Shown here one piece after another: positions 37,814 to 45,605 of a DNA stretch of 51,572 nt; position 1 is the stretch's first letter; every line of letters starts with the position of its first letter. Made by a program: the position numbers and the translations under genes. The stretch is from Gammaproteobacteria bacterium (GTDB lineage: Bacteria > Pseudomonadota > Gammaproteobacteria > GCA-2400775). The notes beneath the pieces were generated by a model. That model saw nothing but the letters and a program-made list of their open reading frames with translations. It made no database searches and had not been told where the DNA came from. The stretch lies in assembly GCA_002400905.2 (NCBI GenBank), contig NVRQ02000100.1:1-51572 (forward strand), in the 5' to 3' direction.

Positions 37814-38587
37814 ATGACTATAGATATAAACGCCTTAACGCTAGAAAGTGGAGAACTCTTACACGCAATCGAGCGTGATGGTAATGACATCCAAGTACGC
37901 GAACTCGAAGGCGTACGCTGGTTTCACTTCAATAGCCCAGCGATTCAATCGGCCATGTCAGTGGCCGAGCCAGAAAAATTGATCCTGCCTTACGCACGCA
38001 CCATGCTCGCTGGCTTTATGTTTCAGCCGCAGCCTAAAAGCCTACTTAGCCTGGGTCTTGGTGGTGGCGCGTTTGAGCGTTTCTTTCGAAAAAAGTTACC
38101 TAAACTAAAACTACAATCTGTCGAACTCAATCCTATGGTGATTGACATATCACGTGAATATTTTAAATTAGACTCTGATCATTACTCGATATGGCAAGGT
38201 GGCGCCGAAGAGTATTTAGCGCAAACTGATCAAAGCTTCGATATGATTTTTTGCGATATCTTTGGCCGCGACAGCACCCCCTCCTGCTTAAGTGACAACA
38301 GCTTCTATAAAGATATGTCAGAACGTCTCAATAACCAAGGCGTCGCCGTGATCAATTTATTAGTCAAAGACGCCACCGAAATGCTAAAAATTCTGCAAGC
38401 CGCTTATCCCGTTTTTGAAACCTTAGCGCTGCTTGACGTGCCTGAGGATAGAAATATCATTTTATTTCTATCAAAACAAGCTGCAACGCCCGTCAGCCCT
38501 GGCGCAGTGAAATTATTGGCTGAAGGTTTGGATACCGATATGCCTTTACTGCAAAAGCTAATGCGTTTTATTCCAAATCCGAATTAA
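37814..38587 (+). CDS. Spermidine-synthase-like SAM-dependent methyltransferase fold protein
   Basis: 257 aa with LLSLGLGGGAFERF...SVELNP.VIDISREYF and ..FDMIFCDIF. Confidence 0.6.
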   Translation: MTIDINALTLESGELLHAIERDGNDIQVRELEGVRWFHFNSPAIQSAMSVAEPEKLILPYARTMLAGFMFQPQPKSLLSLGLGGGAFERFFRKKLPKLKLQSVELNPMVIDISREYFKLDSDHYSIWQGGAEEYLAQTDQSFDMIFCDIFGRDSTPSCLSDNSFYKDMSERLNNQGVAVINLLVKDATEMLKILQAAYPVFETLALLDVPEDRNIILFLSKQAATPVSPGAVKLLAEGLDTDMPLLQKLMRFIPNPN

Positions 38588-38709
38588 TATTGACGCTCAT
38601 CAACCTAATGATTGAACCCCTTATGCTGTTACACTTCATTCGTGCTACGCTTGCTAGATGTAGGCATTCCGTAGAATGATGGTTGTCAGGAGACAAATAA
38701 GGAAATTAA

Positions 38710-39273
38710 ATGGCTCTATATATCGGTGCTAGAGATCTTAGTGGATTTCCTTTGGGAACCCATCAGTTTATTGTCATTACATTTCCCAATCCCATAGCTT
38801 TAATGGTTGGTGATCAAGTATTCGCTACGAAAATATTAGGACCCAGACTGAATGGCATTGTAATTGGCGCACACGATAGAGGAACCCTCAATGTAGAGGT
38901 TTTTGAGAGGGGAGACACTATTGCAGCAAAAGAATTCTTTGGGGGCAGTAAAGCGAGCTGGTCTAAATGGGACTATGATGCAGAGTTGAGAGTCGTAAAA
39001 TTTAATGGTGCGGATTTCTCTCTACATGGCGAGAGAAAGCTTATATCACTAGTAAGCGCCTACTTAATTAACCAAACGTTAGACCCAATTAGCTACCCTA
39101 CAGGCGGCATTGGTTTTAACAGCAATAGCTGGGTTCAGTCAGCAATAGAATACTCTGGCGGAAAAGTTAATGGGAACATGAAAGGGTTAGATATTTACCA
39201 TAAGAAAAGAATTCCTGAGACTTATTTTCTTCCATTCTGCCCTCCAAACCCTCGAATTAAATTAAATCAATAG
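38710..39273 (+). CDS. Hypothetical protein (His ... NSNSW motif; possible Ser-variant LRAT/PPPDE/DUF3750-like hydrolase)
   Basis: 187 aa with AAGGA 7 nt upstream and AT-rich codon usage. Motifs are THQFIVI, IGAHDRG and GGIGFNSNSWVQSAIEYSGG. I recognise no family with certainty. Confidence 0.6.
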   Translation: MALYIGARDLSGFPLGTHQFIVITFPNPIALMVGDQVFATKILGPRLNGIVIGAHDRGTLNVEVFERGDTIAAKEFFGGSKASWSKWDYDAELRVVKFNGADFSLHGERKLISLVSAYLINQTLDPISYPTGGIGFNSNSWVQSAIEYSGGKVNGNMKGLDIYHKKRIPETYFLPFCPPNPRIKLNQ

Positions 39274-39280
39274 GTTTATT

Positions 39281-39592
39281 ATGGAAATTAAAAAAGGGTT
39301 TTTAGTTTCTCTCTCATGTCTGCTATTTGGTCTACTTATTTTGGTCGCAGTAGACTACTCAATTAGATTGTATACTGACATCAGATATGATCTGGGCCTT
39401 CCTCATTCATTGTGGCTTTTATTTCAAATAATTATAGGTGCAGCCTCTTATTTCATTTTTATTAAATTCATTATACCCACATCAATAACTAAAAAAATAC
39501 TTTTAAGTATCCTCTTATTTTTAATTGGATTTATTATCTATACCATTATTATTTACGGCTACCTTTCTTTTACGCATCTGAATACACTTTAG
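39281..39592 (+). CDS. Small three-TM membrane protein, coupled to the preceding ORF
   Basis: 103 aa, 7 nt after the upstream stop, very AT-rich. Three hydrophobic helices are present (LVSLSCLLFGLLILVAV; LWLLFQIIIGAASYFIFIKFII; ILLSILLFLIGFIIYTIIIYGYL). Confidence 0.6.
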   Translation: MEIKKGFLVSLSCLLFGLLILVAVDYSIRLYTDIRYDLGLPHSLWLLFQIIIGAASYFIFIKFIIPTSITKKILLSILLFLIGFIIYTIIIYGYLSFTHLNTL

Positions 39593-39702
39593 TTAGCACA
39601 CTAACAAGCCACACCAGCAGATATAGCCCAGATAAAATATAATGAAATCCTGGATTCTATTTGGGCAATTACCCACCCCAGCTTACGCTACACCAATCCA
39701 GA

Positions 39703-39751
39703 CCACAAAAACCAAAATCAAAACGGCCTAGTGGTCCTGACCACACCCACC
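39703..39751. repeat. Distal copy of the 49-bp direct repeat (displaced slyD 3'-end copy; attR-like)
   Basis: ccacaaaaaccaaaatcaaaacGgcctagtggtCCtgaccacacccacc matches 44323-44371 at 46/49 positions. Read on the minus strand it would encode ..GGCGQDH-stop, against GGCGHNH-stop in the real slyD. Confidence 0.85.
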
Positions 39752-39766
39752 CGAAAAGACACATGA

Positions 39767-40456
39767 TCATAGACTGGCTATCACCCTCTGCTGAAACCAG
39801 AGTATCGATGGATAGGCAGCAAGCCAAATCCAGAAAAACCGATTCAAACCAAATATGCAGGCATTGGCAAAATGAAAACACGATGCCATCACCAATGCCA
39901 CTACCAGACTTTCCACTGAAAGCAATGACAGAGGAAAGAGCAGCTCAAACAGCATCACACTCCACGACACCATAAATAGCAAACGTGGCGAATCTGCGAA
40001 CCCTCTTAGAGACTCACTCACCGGATAAGTAGAAAATTGAAACACATCACGCAAAGCGCGACCACTGCGCCAATCTGAGTTGACGATTTTTACCCAGCCC
40101 GAAATAAAATAAGACAGCACCAACTGTAGAGCCAAATAGCCAAAAGCAATTTCCTGCCAATAGCGCGAAGGTAAAAAGTGCGCCAGACATAAACATACCA
40201 ACACCAACAAGCCCATACGATCTGCACCACCATTATACGGCCCTTGAAATCGATACAAGATAAATAGCGCCAGCAAAAATAAACACGCCAAAGCCCAGGC
40301 AGACTGAAAACCAATAACAAGTGAAACAGAGAAAATAATTCGCAAAGAAAATAAAACACGTTCATTGTTAAACGACTTAAGGTGCTCGATACTTTGCATA
40401 ATAAAAGCAAAGCCCATTAACACCTCTGTTAGCCGAAGTGCGTATTCGAAACTCAT
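39767..40456 (-). CDS. HTTM-like (vitamin-K-carboxylase/SdpB-type) integral membrane protein
   Basis: 229 aa with about 6 TM helices. The YNGGADRMGLLVL motif resembles the (D/N)GGD signature of HTTM domains, and LQLVLSYFISGWVKI....W..G.AL fits as well. Confidence 0.55.
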   Translation of the reverse strand: MSFEYALRLTEVLMGFAFIMQSIEHLKSFNNERVLFSLRIIFSVSLVIGFQSAWALACLFLLALFILYRFQGPYNGGADRMGLLVLVCLCLAHFLPSRYWQEIAFGYLALQLVLSYFISGWVKIVNSDWRSGRALRDVFQFSTYPVSESLRGFADSPRLLFMVSWSVMLFELLFPLSLLSVESLVVALVMASCFHFANACIFGLNRFFWIWLAAYPSILWFQQRVIASL

Positions 40457-40466
40457 ACAACGGCCA

Positions 40467-40910
40467 CTATTTAATCACCGCATCAAGAGATTGAATACGC
40501 GAATGGAACACAAGCTCTTCTTGCAACGCATCAGCCACGCGTTGAACCATCACCAAACGAAACTGAAGGTATCGAGCAACACCATTAACGCTGACAATAT
40601 CTTCGTCAAGCTCACGGTGAATCCGCTTTAATATCTCATCCTCACTATGCTGAGACGGACATTCAATAATCCGCTCCGCACAACTGATCACAAATAAAGA
40701 TTCATTCCACCAAGGATTCCACACCATACGTCCCAACATCTGAGCAAAAGACAACGATGCAGGACGCGGACGAAACAACACCCACTCAGCAGACACATCA
40801 TCCACCGAATCAAGTAAAGCAAACTGAATACGCGGCGAAGGCGCAATAAAATCGAAGAATCGCCAAGAGGGGAGGAGAGCGGGAAGAAGGAGTTTAAGCG
40901 TATTCAACAT
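40467..40910 (-). CDS. Hypothetical soluble protein, operonic with the HTTM-like gene
   Basis: 147 aa, 10 bp upstream of the HTTM-like ORF. It has no TM helices (..SWRFFDFIAPSPRIQFAL.., ..WNPWWNESLF..). No family was recognised. Confidence 0.55.
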   Translation of the reverse strand: MLNTLKLLLPALLPSWRFFDFIAPSPRIQFALLDSVDDVSAEWVLFRPRPASLSFAQMLGRMVWNPWWNESLFVISCAERIIECPSQHSEDEILKRIHRELDEDIVSVNGVARYLQFRLVMVQRVADALQEELVFHSRIQSLDAVIK

Positions 40911-41027
40911 AATGATATTTATTCCCCATATCTTCCCTCTTAACGCTGCACTTGGCTATTCGGCGTAAACACAAATTAATAGTTAACCACGCAACGGTCC
41001 ACGCACAACTTGCATACACATAGAATG

Positions 41028-41045
41028 CTAGTCATAATGCTAGTC
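41028..41045. promoter_or_regulatory. Operator-like 18-bp motif, copy 1 (embedded in a 12-bp tandem duplication at 41024-41047)
   Basis: CTAGTCATAATGCTAGTC; the local tandem is aatgctagtcat x2. It lies upstream of the HTH-HipA gene. Confidence 0.45.
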
Positions 41046-41115
41046 ATAATTTATTCTAAACATAACATAACCTATTGAAATATATAAAGATATTTACATA
41101 TAAATTAAATTTTTT

Positions 41116-41133
41116 CTAGTCACAATGCTAGAC
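41116..41133. promoter_or_regulatory. Operator-like 18-bp motif, copy 2
   Basis: CTAGTCACAATGCTAGAC matches copy 1 at 16/18. It lies 88 bp downstream of copy 1 and 13-25 bp upstream of the candidate start codons. Confidence 0.45.
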
Positions 41134-41157
41134 TAAAACGTATTTTTGGATCAAATC

Positions 41158-42471
41158 ATGCCTATATCTATTCGTGAACATTTGAAGCACAGGCCAGCAA
41201 CATCAAAGGAGTTACAGTCAGCCACCGGCCTAAGCCAGGTAGCCGTATCACGTCAGCTAAGACGCATGGGCGACGCCATTATTAAACTAAAGCTTGGACG
41301 GTCACCACTCTATGCAATGACACGAAATGCCTTTGGCGGCGACGACAAATTACCATTGTTCATGGTCGATGCACACGGAAATAATACCGCCGTAGCACGA
41401 ATACGGCCGCTGGCACATGGTGGTTTTTTTGTTGAGCAAGAAATAGGCCTACCTTCTGTGCTGCTGGGTCATCGAAAAAATGGCCTCTACGATGATCTAC
41501 CCTATTTTCTAGATGACTTAAGGCCACAAGGATTCCTTGGTCGACATATCGCTGAAGAAATGGCATCTCAATCCGAAGACTTTCCCTCTGACCCGAGACG
41601 CTGGAATACAAACCATGTTGGTCGATACCTAACATCAAACGGTGATGACCTACCTGGTAGCTTCAAGTTTGGGCAACAAGCTCATTTACGCGTTAGGCGC
41701 AAACCAACCATCACCTCTCAAAACGACTACCCAGACCTAGCGGATAGCGTCATGAATGGCGTTATCCCTGGGTCGTCAGCGGGTGGCGAACAATCAAAAT
41801 TTACCGCGTTTTGTAACCATCGCTCCGCACACGTCATTGTTAAATTCTCCCCAAAAGGAAATGATACTGTTGCGAGACGATGGCGTGACATCCTCATTAC
41901 CGAGTTTCATGCCACAGAAGCCATTCACAACCAAGGGTTCCCTGCTGCGGAAACCATGCTCATTGAAAATGATGGTAGATTATTTCTTGAGTCACAACGA
42001 TTTGACAGGACTGGCGAGTACGGCCGCATGCCTATGATATCGCTACAATCTGTTGACGCTGAGTTCACCGGGCTTGGAAGCGACTGGCCGAGAACGATGG
42101 CCGCCCTCTTTAGTCAAAAATTAATAAGCGCCCACCATTTACATGATGCGCAATGGCTATGGAGCTTCGGAAAACTAATTAACAACACAGATATGCATTT
42201 AGGCAATCTCAGCCTAGGCATAGAAGGAGATGTGTTCAGAATTTTACCAATATACGATATGTGCTCTATGGGCTTCGCACCAAAGAGCGGTGACACTCTG
42301 CCTTATGAATTTATCCCTCCCAAGCCTATAGATTTTAATTTTCCAGCACCAACCGCCAAAATTGTTATGAAAGCAGCACATGGTTTCTGGGAAAGCGTAA
42401 AGAATGACGAACGCATCTCAGATGAGTTTAGAAAATACCTTCAACGTGGAAACCCTATTGATTCAATCTAA
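41158..42471 (+). CDS. Single-chain HTH + HipA-like Ser/Thr kinase (YjjJ/HipH-like toxin family)
   Basis: The N-terminal winged HTH is ATSKELQSATGLSQVAVSRQLRRMGD. The HipA-like core is SSAGGEQSKF, VIVKFSP and the catalytic loop NNTDMHLGNLS. Length is close to E. coli YjjJ (~440 aa). The track uses TTG 41146; ATG 41158 is the alternative chosen here. Confidence 0.75.
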   Translation: MPISIREHLKHRPATSKELQSATGLSQVAVSRQLRRMGDAIIKLKLGRSPLYAMTRNAFGGDDKLPLFMVDAHGNNTAVARIRPLAHGGFFVEQEIGLPSVLLGHRKNGLYDDLPYFLDDLRPQGFLGRHIAEEMASQSEDFPSDPRRWNTNHVGRYLTSNGDDLPGSFKFGQQAHLRVRRKPTITSQNDYPDLADSVMNGVIPGSSAGGEQSKFTAFCNHRSAHVIVKFSPKGNDTVARRWRDILITEFHATEAIHNQGFPAAETMLIENDGRLFLESQRFDRTGEYGRMPMISLQSVDAEFTGLGSDWPRTMAALFSQKLISAHHLHDAQWLWSFGKLINNTDMHLGNLSLGIEGDVFRILPIYDMCSMGFAPKSGDTLPYEFIPPKPIDFNFPAPTAKIVMKAAHGFWESVKNDERISDEFRKYLQRGNPIDSI

Positions 42472-42637
42472 AATTTCCAAAAAAATGACGCAACTCTTTT
42501 TCACATTAAAGGAGCACGCAACAAATAAGAATAATTACTCTTAGTATTTTCATTGAACCTTTAAAACCTTCATACGCATAAAGGGGTCTAATTCCTTTAT
42601 TGACTTATTGGCTTCCTTTTTAAGACACCGTATCTAT

Positions 42638-43168
42638 TTAAGAACCAGATAATAGATCACGTACTACAGACTCTAAATCTGTAAGCCCCCAACGCTTACC
42701 TTCATTTATCGCCGCTTCGGCATCTGCACCATCCTTAGCACCCGCGGCCAAAGCTATTAAGGCTCCAACACGGTTACTACTCGAACAATGAACAAGTATC
42801 GGGGCATCACCAATAGTATTGAGTGTATTCTTAAGTAAGGTCGCATTTTCAAGCGTAATACCGGCAGCACCCGCGACAGGAATCGAATAGTATTTCATCC
42901 CTAGCGATTCAACATGTCCAGCCTCATCCCAATCAATTTCCGATGCAGGACGAAGATTAATCACATGCTTAACCCCCAGCTCAGCCAAAGAATTAAACTC
43001 ATCCTTAGTCGGCTGGCCACTGGTAAAAATATTCGTTTCTGGCTGACTTATACTTTTAATTTTAAGTTGGCCAATAACACTATGATCTACAGATTGGTCG
43101 CTGCACGACCAAACAAAGATTGATGCGAAAGCTATCACAAAAAATCTAAACAAATTTATTTTTGACAT
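42638..43168 (-). CDS. DUF442-type (PTP/rhodanese-loop) phosphatase-like or sulfur-transferase-like lipoprotein
   Basis: There is a lipobox-like FVWSCSD after a signal sequence. ..FTSGQPT..F..L...GVKHVINLR.. and the active-site-like loop VHCSSSNRVG are present. The start is placed at ATG 43168 (MSKINLF..). Confidence 0.6.
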   Translation of the reverse strand: MSKINLFRFFVIAFASIFVWSCSDQSVDHSVIGQLKIKSISQPETNIFTSGQPTKDEFNSLAELGVKHVINLRPASEIDWDEAGHVESLGMKYYSIPVAGAAGITLENATLLKNTLNTIGDAPILVHCSSSNRVGALIALAAGAKDGADAEAAINEGKRWGLTDLESVVRDLLSGS

Positions 43169-43386
43169 AATCTCACCATTGAACGAAAACACACAACAAT
43201 ACTAACAAATCAGTTTGACAGCGTCATGACACAGAGGTTCTTCTCTAGGCAAGACTTTCAGCACCCTACACAGACTGTGTCTACATTAGACTATTGCCGA
43301 ACACCAATAAGAAAGTAGGTGTATTTTTGCTCTTGCACCCTAATTTGGTTATTGTCATGAGCGTGTTCTTACTCAGATACCTCACA

Positions 43387-44139
43387 TCACTTCCATTTTC
43401 CTTTTTCTTCAAACAAAGTCTTTCTGTTTTTGTTGTCTATGACTTTCAATAGCCCTGAGTTCATAATTTGATATTCGACACCACCATTCACAAACACATA
43501 ACCAACAGGCATATCAATATAATTTCTCTCATCAAGCTCCATCAGCACACTGCCTGTAAGGAATGTTTCATTCCCATTGTTCTTGTCTATACTTTTATAA
43601 GTAATATTGTCACATTCAAACAGCCCTAAATCACATTTTCCGTTTAAAACAATTTCATGATTTTCCGTTATCAGTATCTTGCTTTGTTTGACGCTTCTTA
43701 TAGTGCAACCATAAATATTTATTCCATTTTTAACTTCGTTTTCCAAAAATGTTAGCCTCTCCCTTGATGCCGACGCACTGCACGAAGCATAAAAAGAAGA
43801 GTGCCCTAAACCGCACCACCCAACACAATGGTTTATAAATTCACAGTTATAACTACTATAGTCATTCCAGGCAACCTCTCTATCTTCAAAATACTTAAGA
43901 AGCTGATCGTTATCACAGTATTCAGAATCAATATCCTTTATTTCGTTTCTTATATATTGTTTGATTCGAGTTATATGCTGCTCATTGTAATAATCATCGC
44001 ACTTACTTCCAGACCCCTTGAATACATTATAGCAATCAGATCTTTTTATATTTGGGCTAAACCACTCTGGATCAGCATTAACAACGGGGACTGTAAATAA
44101 TATCAATATAAAAATAAGCCTGATGGTTCCGTTACTCAT
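43387..44139 (-). CDS. Cys-rich secreted protein with LprI/DUF1311-like N-domain
   Basis: 250 aa with signal MSNGTIRLIFILILFTVPVVNA and 12 Cys. C....C...Y......I..Y...............REVAWNDY....C.......C......RERLTFLE matches the DUF1311 pattern. The C-terminal ~110 aa is unassigned. Very AT-rich. Confidence 0.5.
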   Translation of the reverse strand: MSNGTIRLIFILILFTVPVVNADPEWFSPNIKRSDCYNVFKGSGSKCDDYYNEQHITRIKQYIRNEIKDIDSEYCDNDQLLKYFEDREVAWNDYSSYNCEFINHCVGWCGLGHSSFYASCSASASRERLTFLENEVKNGINIYGCTIRSVKQSKILITENHEIVLNGKCDLGLFECDNITYKSIDKNNGNETFLTGSVLMELDERNYIDMPVGYVFVNGGVEYQIMNSGLLKVIDNKNRKTLFEEKGKWK

Positions 44140-44322
44140 GGCAGTTTATGCCACAGATACCGTGCATTATCATATGGTCACATATCACACTTATTAAATA
44201 ACCCGCCACAAAATACCTCCCTTTGATTCTTCGATAAAATTATTCTTGCCTCCAGGCTAATCATCTAAAAATTATACTTCGCGACTTACGTATCACCATG
44301 TTGCTATTATATTTAGCGTGAG

Positions 44323-44371
44323 CCACAAAAACCAAAATCAAAACAGCCTAGTGGTTGTGACCACACCCACC
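44323..44371. repeat. Proximal copy of the 49-bp direct repeat (functional slyD 3' end; attL-like)
   Basis: It covers the last 8 slyD codons including the stop (44348-44371) plus 25 bp downstream (44323-44347). It matches 39703-39751 at 46/49. Confidence 0.85.
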
Positions 44372-44839
44372 TGATGCGTGCACATGCCCATGACTTAACT
44401 CTTCTTCTGTCGCGGCACGAATCGATTCAATCGTTACGTCAAAGTGTAAGGTCTCACCCGCTAAAGGATGGTTACCATTGATGGTGACTTCTTCTTCACC
44501 AATCTCTTCGATAACGACCATTTGGCGATGACCATCAGCGCCTTCGGCATCGAAACGCATACCGACGATTAATTCACCCATACCTTCGAATGCATTAATG
44601 GGGACTTTACCCATCATTTCTTCTTGTTTTTCGCCATAGCCTTTTTCAGGCGCGACAGTCACGTTTACCTTATCGTCAATATCTTTACCTAACAACGCTT
44701 CTTCTAAGCCTGGAATGATATTTCCGCAGCCATGCAAATACACCAATGGTTCTTCTTTGCTAGAACTATCAATTTCTTTGCCACTATCATCTTTCAAGGT
44801 ATATTGAATACCTACTACGGATTTATCTGCTATGGTCAT
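44348..44839 (-). CDS. slyD: FKBP-type peptidyl-prolyl isomerase SlyD
   Basis: 163 aa with an FKBP + IF-domain layout (VVGIQYTLKDDSGKEIDSS....YLHG.GNIIPGLEEAL.GK) and a short His/Cys-rich tail, HGHVHASGGCGHNH. Confidence 0.85.
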   Translation of the reverse strand: MTIADKSVVGIQYTLKDDSGKEIDSSSKEEPLVYLHGCGNIIPGLEEALLGKDIDDKVNVTVAPEKGYGEKQEEMMGKVPINAFEGMGELIVGMRFDAEGADGHRQMVVIEEIGEEEVTINGNHPLAGETLHFDVTIESIRAATEEELSHGHVHASGGCGHNH

Positions 44840-44870
44840 CGTTCACTCCTAAAGTAATAAAAATAAAATT

Positions 44871-45587
44871 TTAATTCGTTTCTTCGCTCATGCTGGACAT
44901 CATCATTTCGATACTCTGTTCAGCACGCTCGTTAATTTGACGGGCAGACAAGCCTTTACAATCAATAGGTTTGCCGATAGCTATCGTGATAACTCCCGGT
45001 TTTTTTAAAAAGCCGCGACGCGGCCAGTACGAGCCAGCATTGTGTGCAACAGGCACAACAAGGCCACCATTATATTGCGCTAACATCGCGCCACCAATTT
45101 GGTATTGACCTTTTTCACCTGGCGGCATGCGCGTGCCTTCAGGAAATATAACCACCCAGCGTCCATTTTGCAGGCGCTTATCTCCTTCTTCTCTCAGCTG
45201 CTTCAAGGCCTTGCGGCCCGCACCACGATCAATGGCGATGGGCTCTAACAACGCTAAGCCCCAACCGAAAAAAGGCACTTTAAGCAACTCTCTTTTCATT
45301 ACCCATACCTGGGGCGGAAAAATATTCTGCAACACCATGGTTTCCCACATGGATTGATGCTTACAAAATATAATTGAATTTTTTTCTGGTATGTTTTCTC
45401 TGCCATACACTTCATAGTGTAAGCCGCAGCTAACTTTTAACCACCAAAGGTTAATCCGCGCCCATTGTTTGATAAAACCATAACGTAGCTCAAACGGAAA
45501 CGGGAAGGTGAACAAGCCAACCACCGCGAAGAAGACGATAGTGATCAAAGAAAAAAATAAATATAAAAAAGAGCGTAACCAAATCAT
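44871..45587 (-). CDS. plsC: 1-acyl-sn-glycerol-3-phosphate acyltransferase family protein
   Basis: 238 aa with an N-terminal TM helix, KHQSMWE (an HX4D/E-type box) and the FPEGTR box. Its synteny with gmhB-glyS-glyQ matches the Pseudomonas lptA (PA0005) arrangement. Confidence 0.75.
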   Translation of the reverse strand: MIWLRSFLYLFFSLITIVFFAVVGLFTFPFPFELRYGFIKQWARINLWWLKVSCGLHYEVYGRENIPEKNSIIFCKHQSMWETMVLQNIFPPQVWVMKRELLKVPFFGWGLALLEPIAIDRGAGRKALKQLREEGDKRLQNGRWVVIFPEGTRMPPGEKGQYQIGGAMLAQYNGGLVVPVAHNAGSYWPRRGFLKKPGVITIAIGKPIDCKGLSARQINERAEQSIEMMMSSMSEETN

Positions 45588-45605
45588 AAGACATTATCTA
45601 GCGTG

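Noticed and set aside
39661-39975. Track ORFs 39661-39975 (+) and 39669-39881 (-) spanning the distal repeat
   Set aside because: They overlap the displaced slyD-tail copy and the 3' end of the HTTM-like gene. They have a low-complexity Pro/Lys/Ser composition, no RBS and no family resemblance.
41024-41047. 12-bp tandem duplication as a possible CRISPR or VNTR array
   Set aside because: There are only two units with no spacers. It is better explained as part of an operator-like motif that recurs at 41116-41133.
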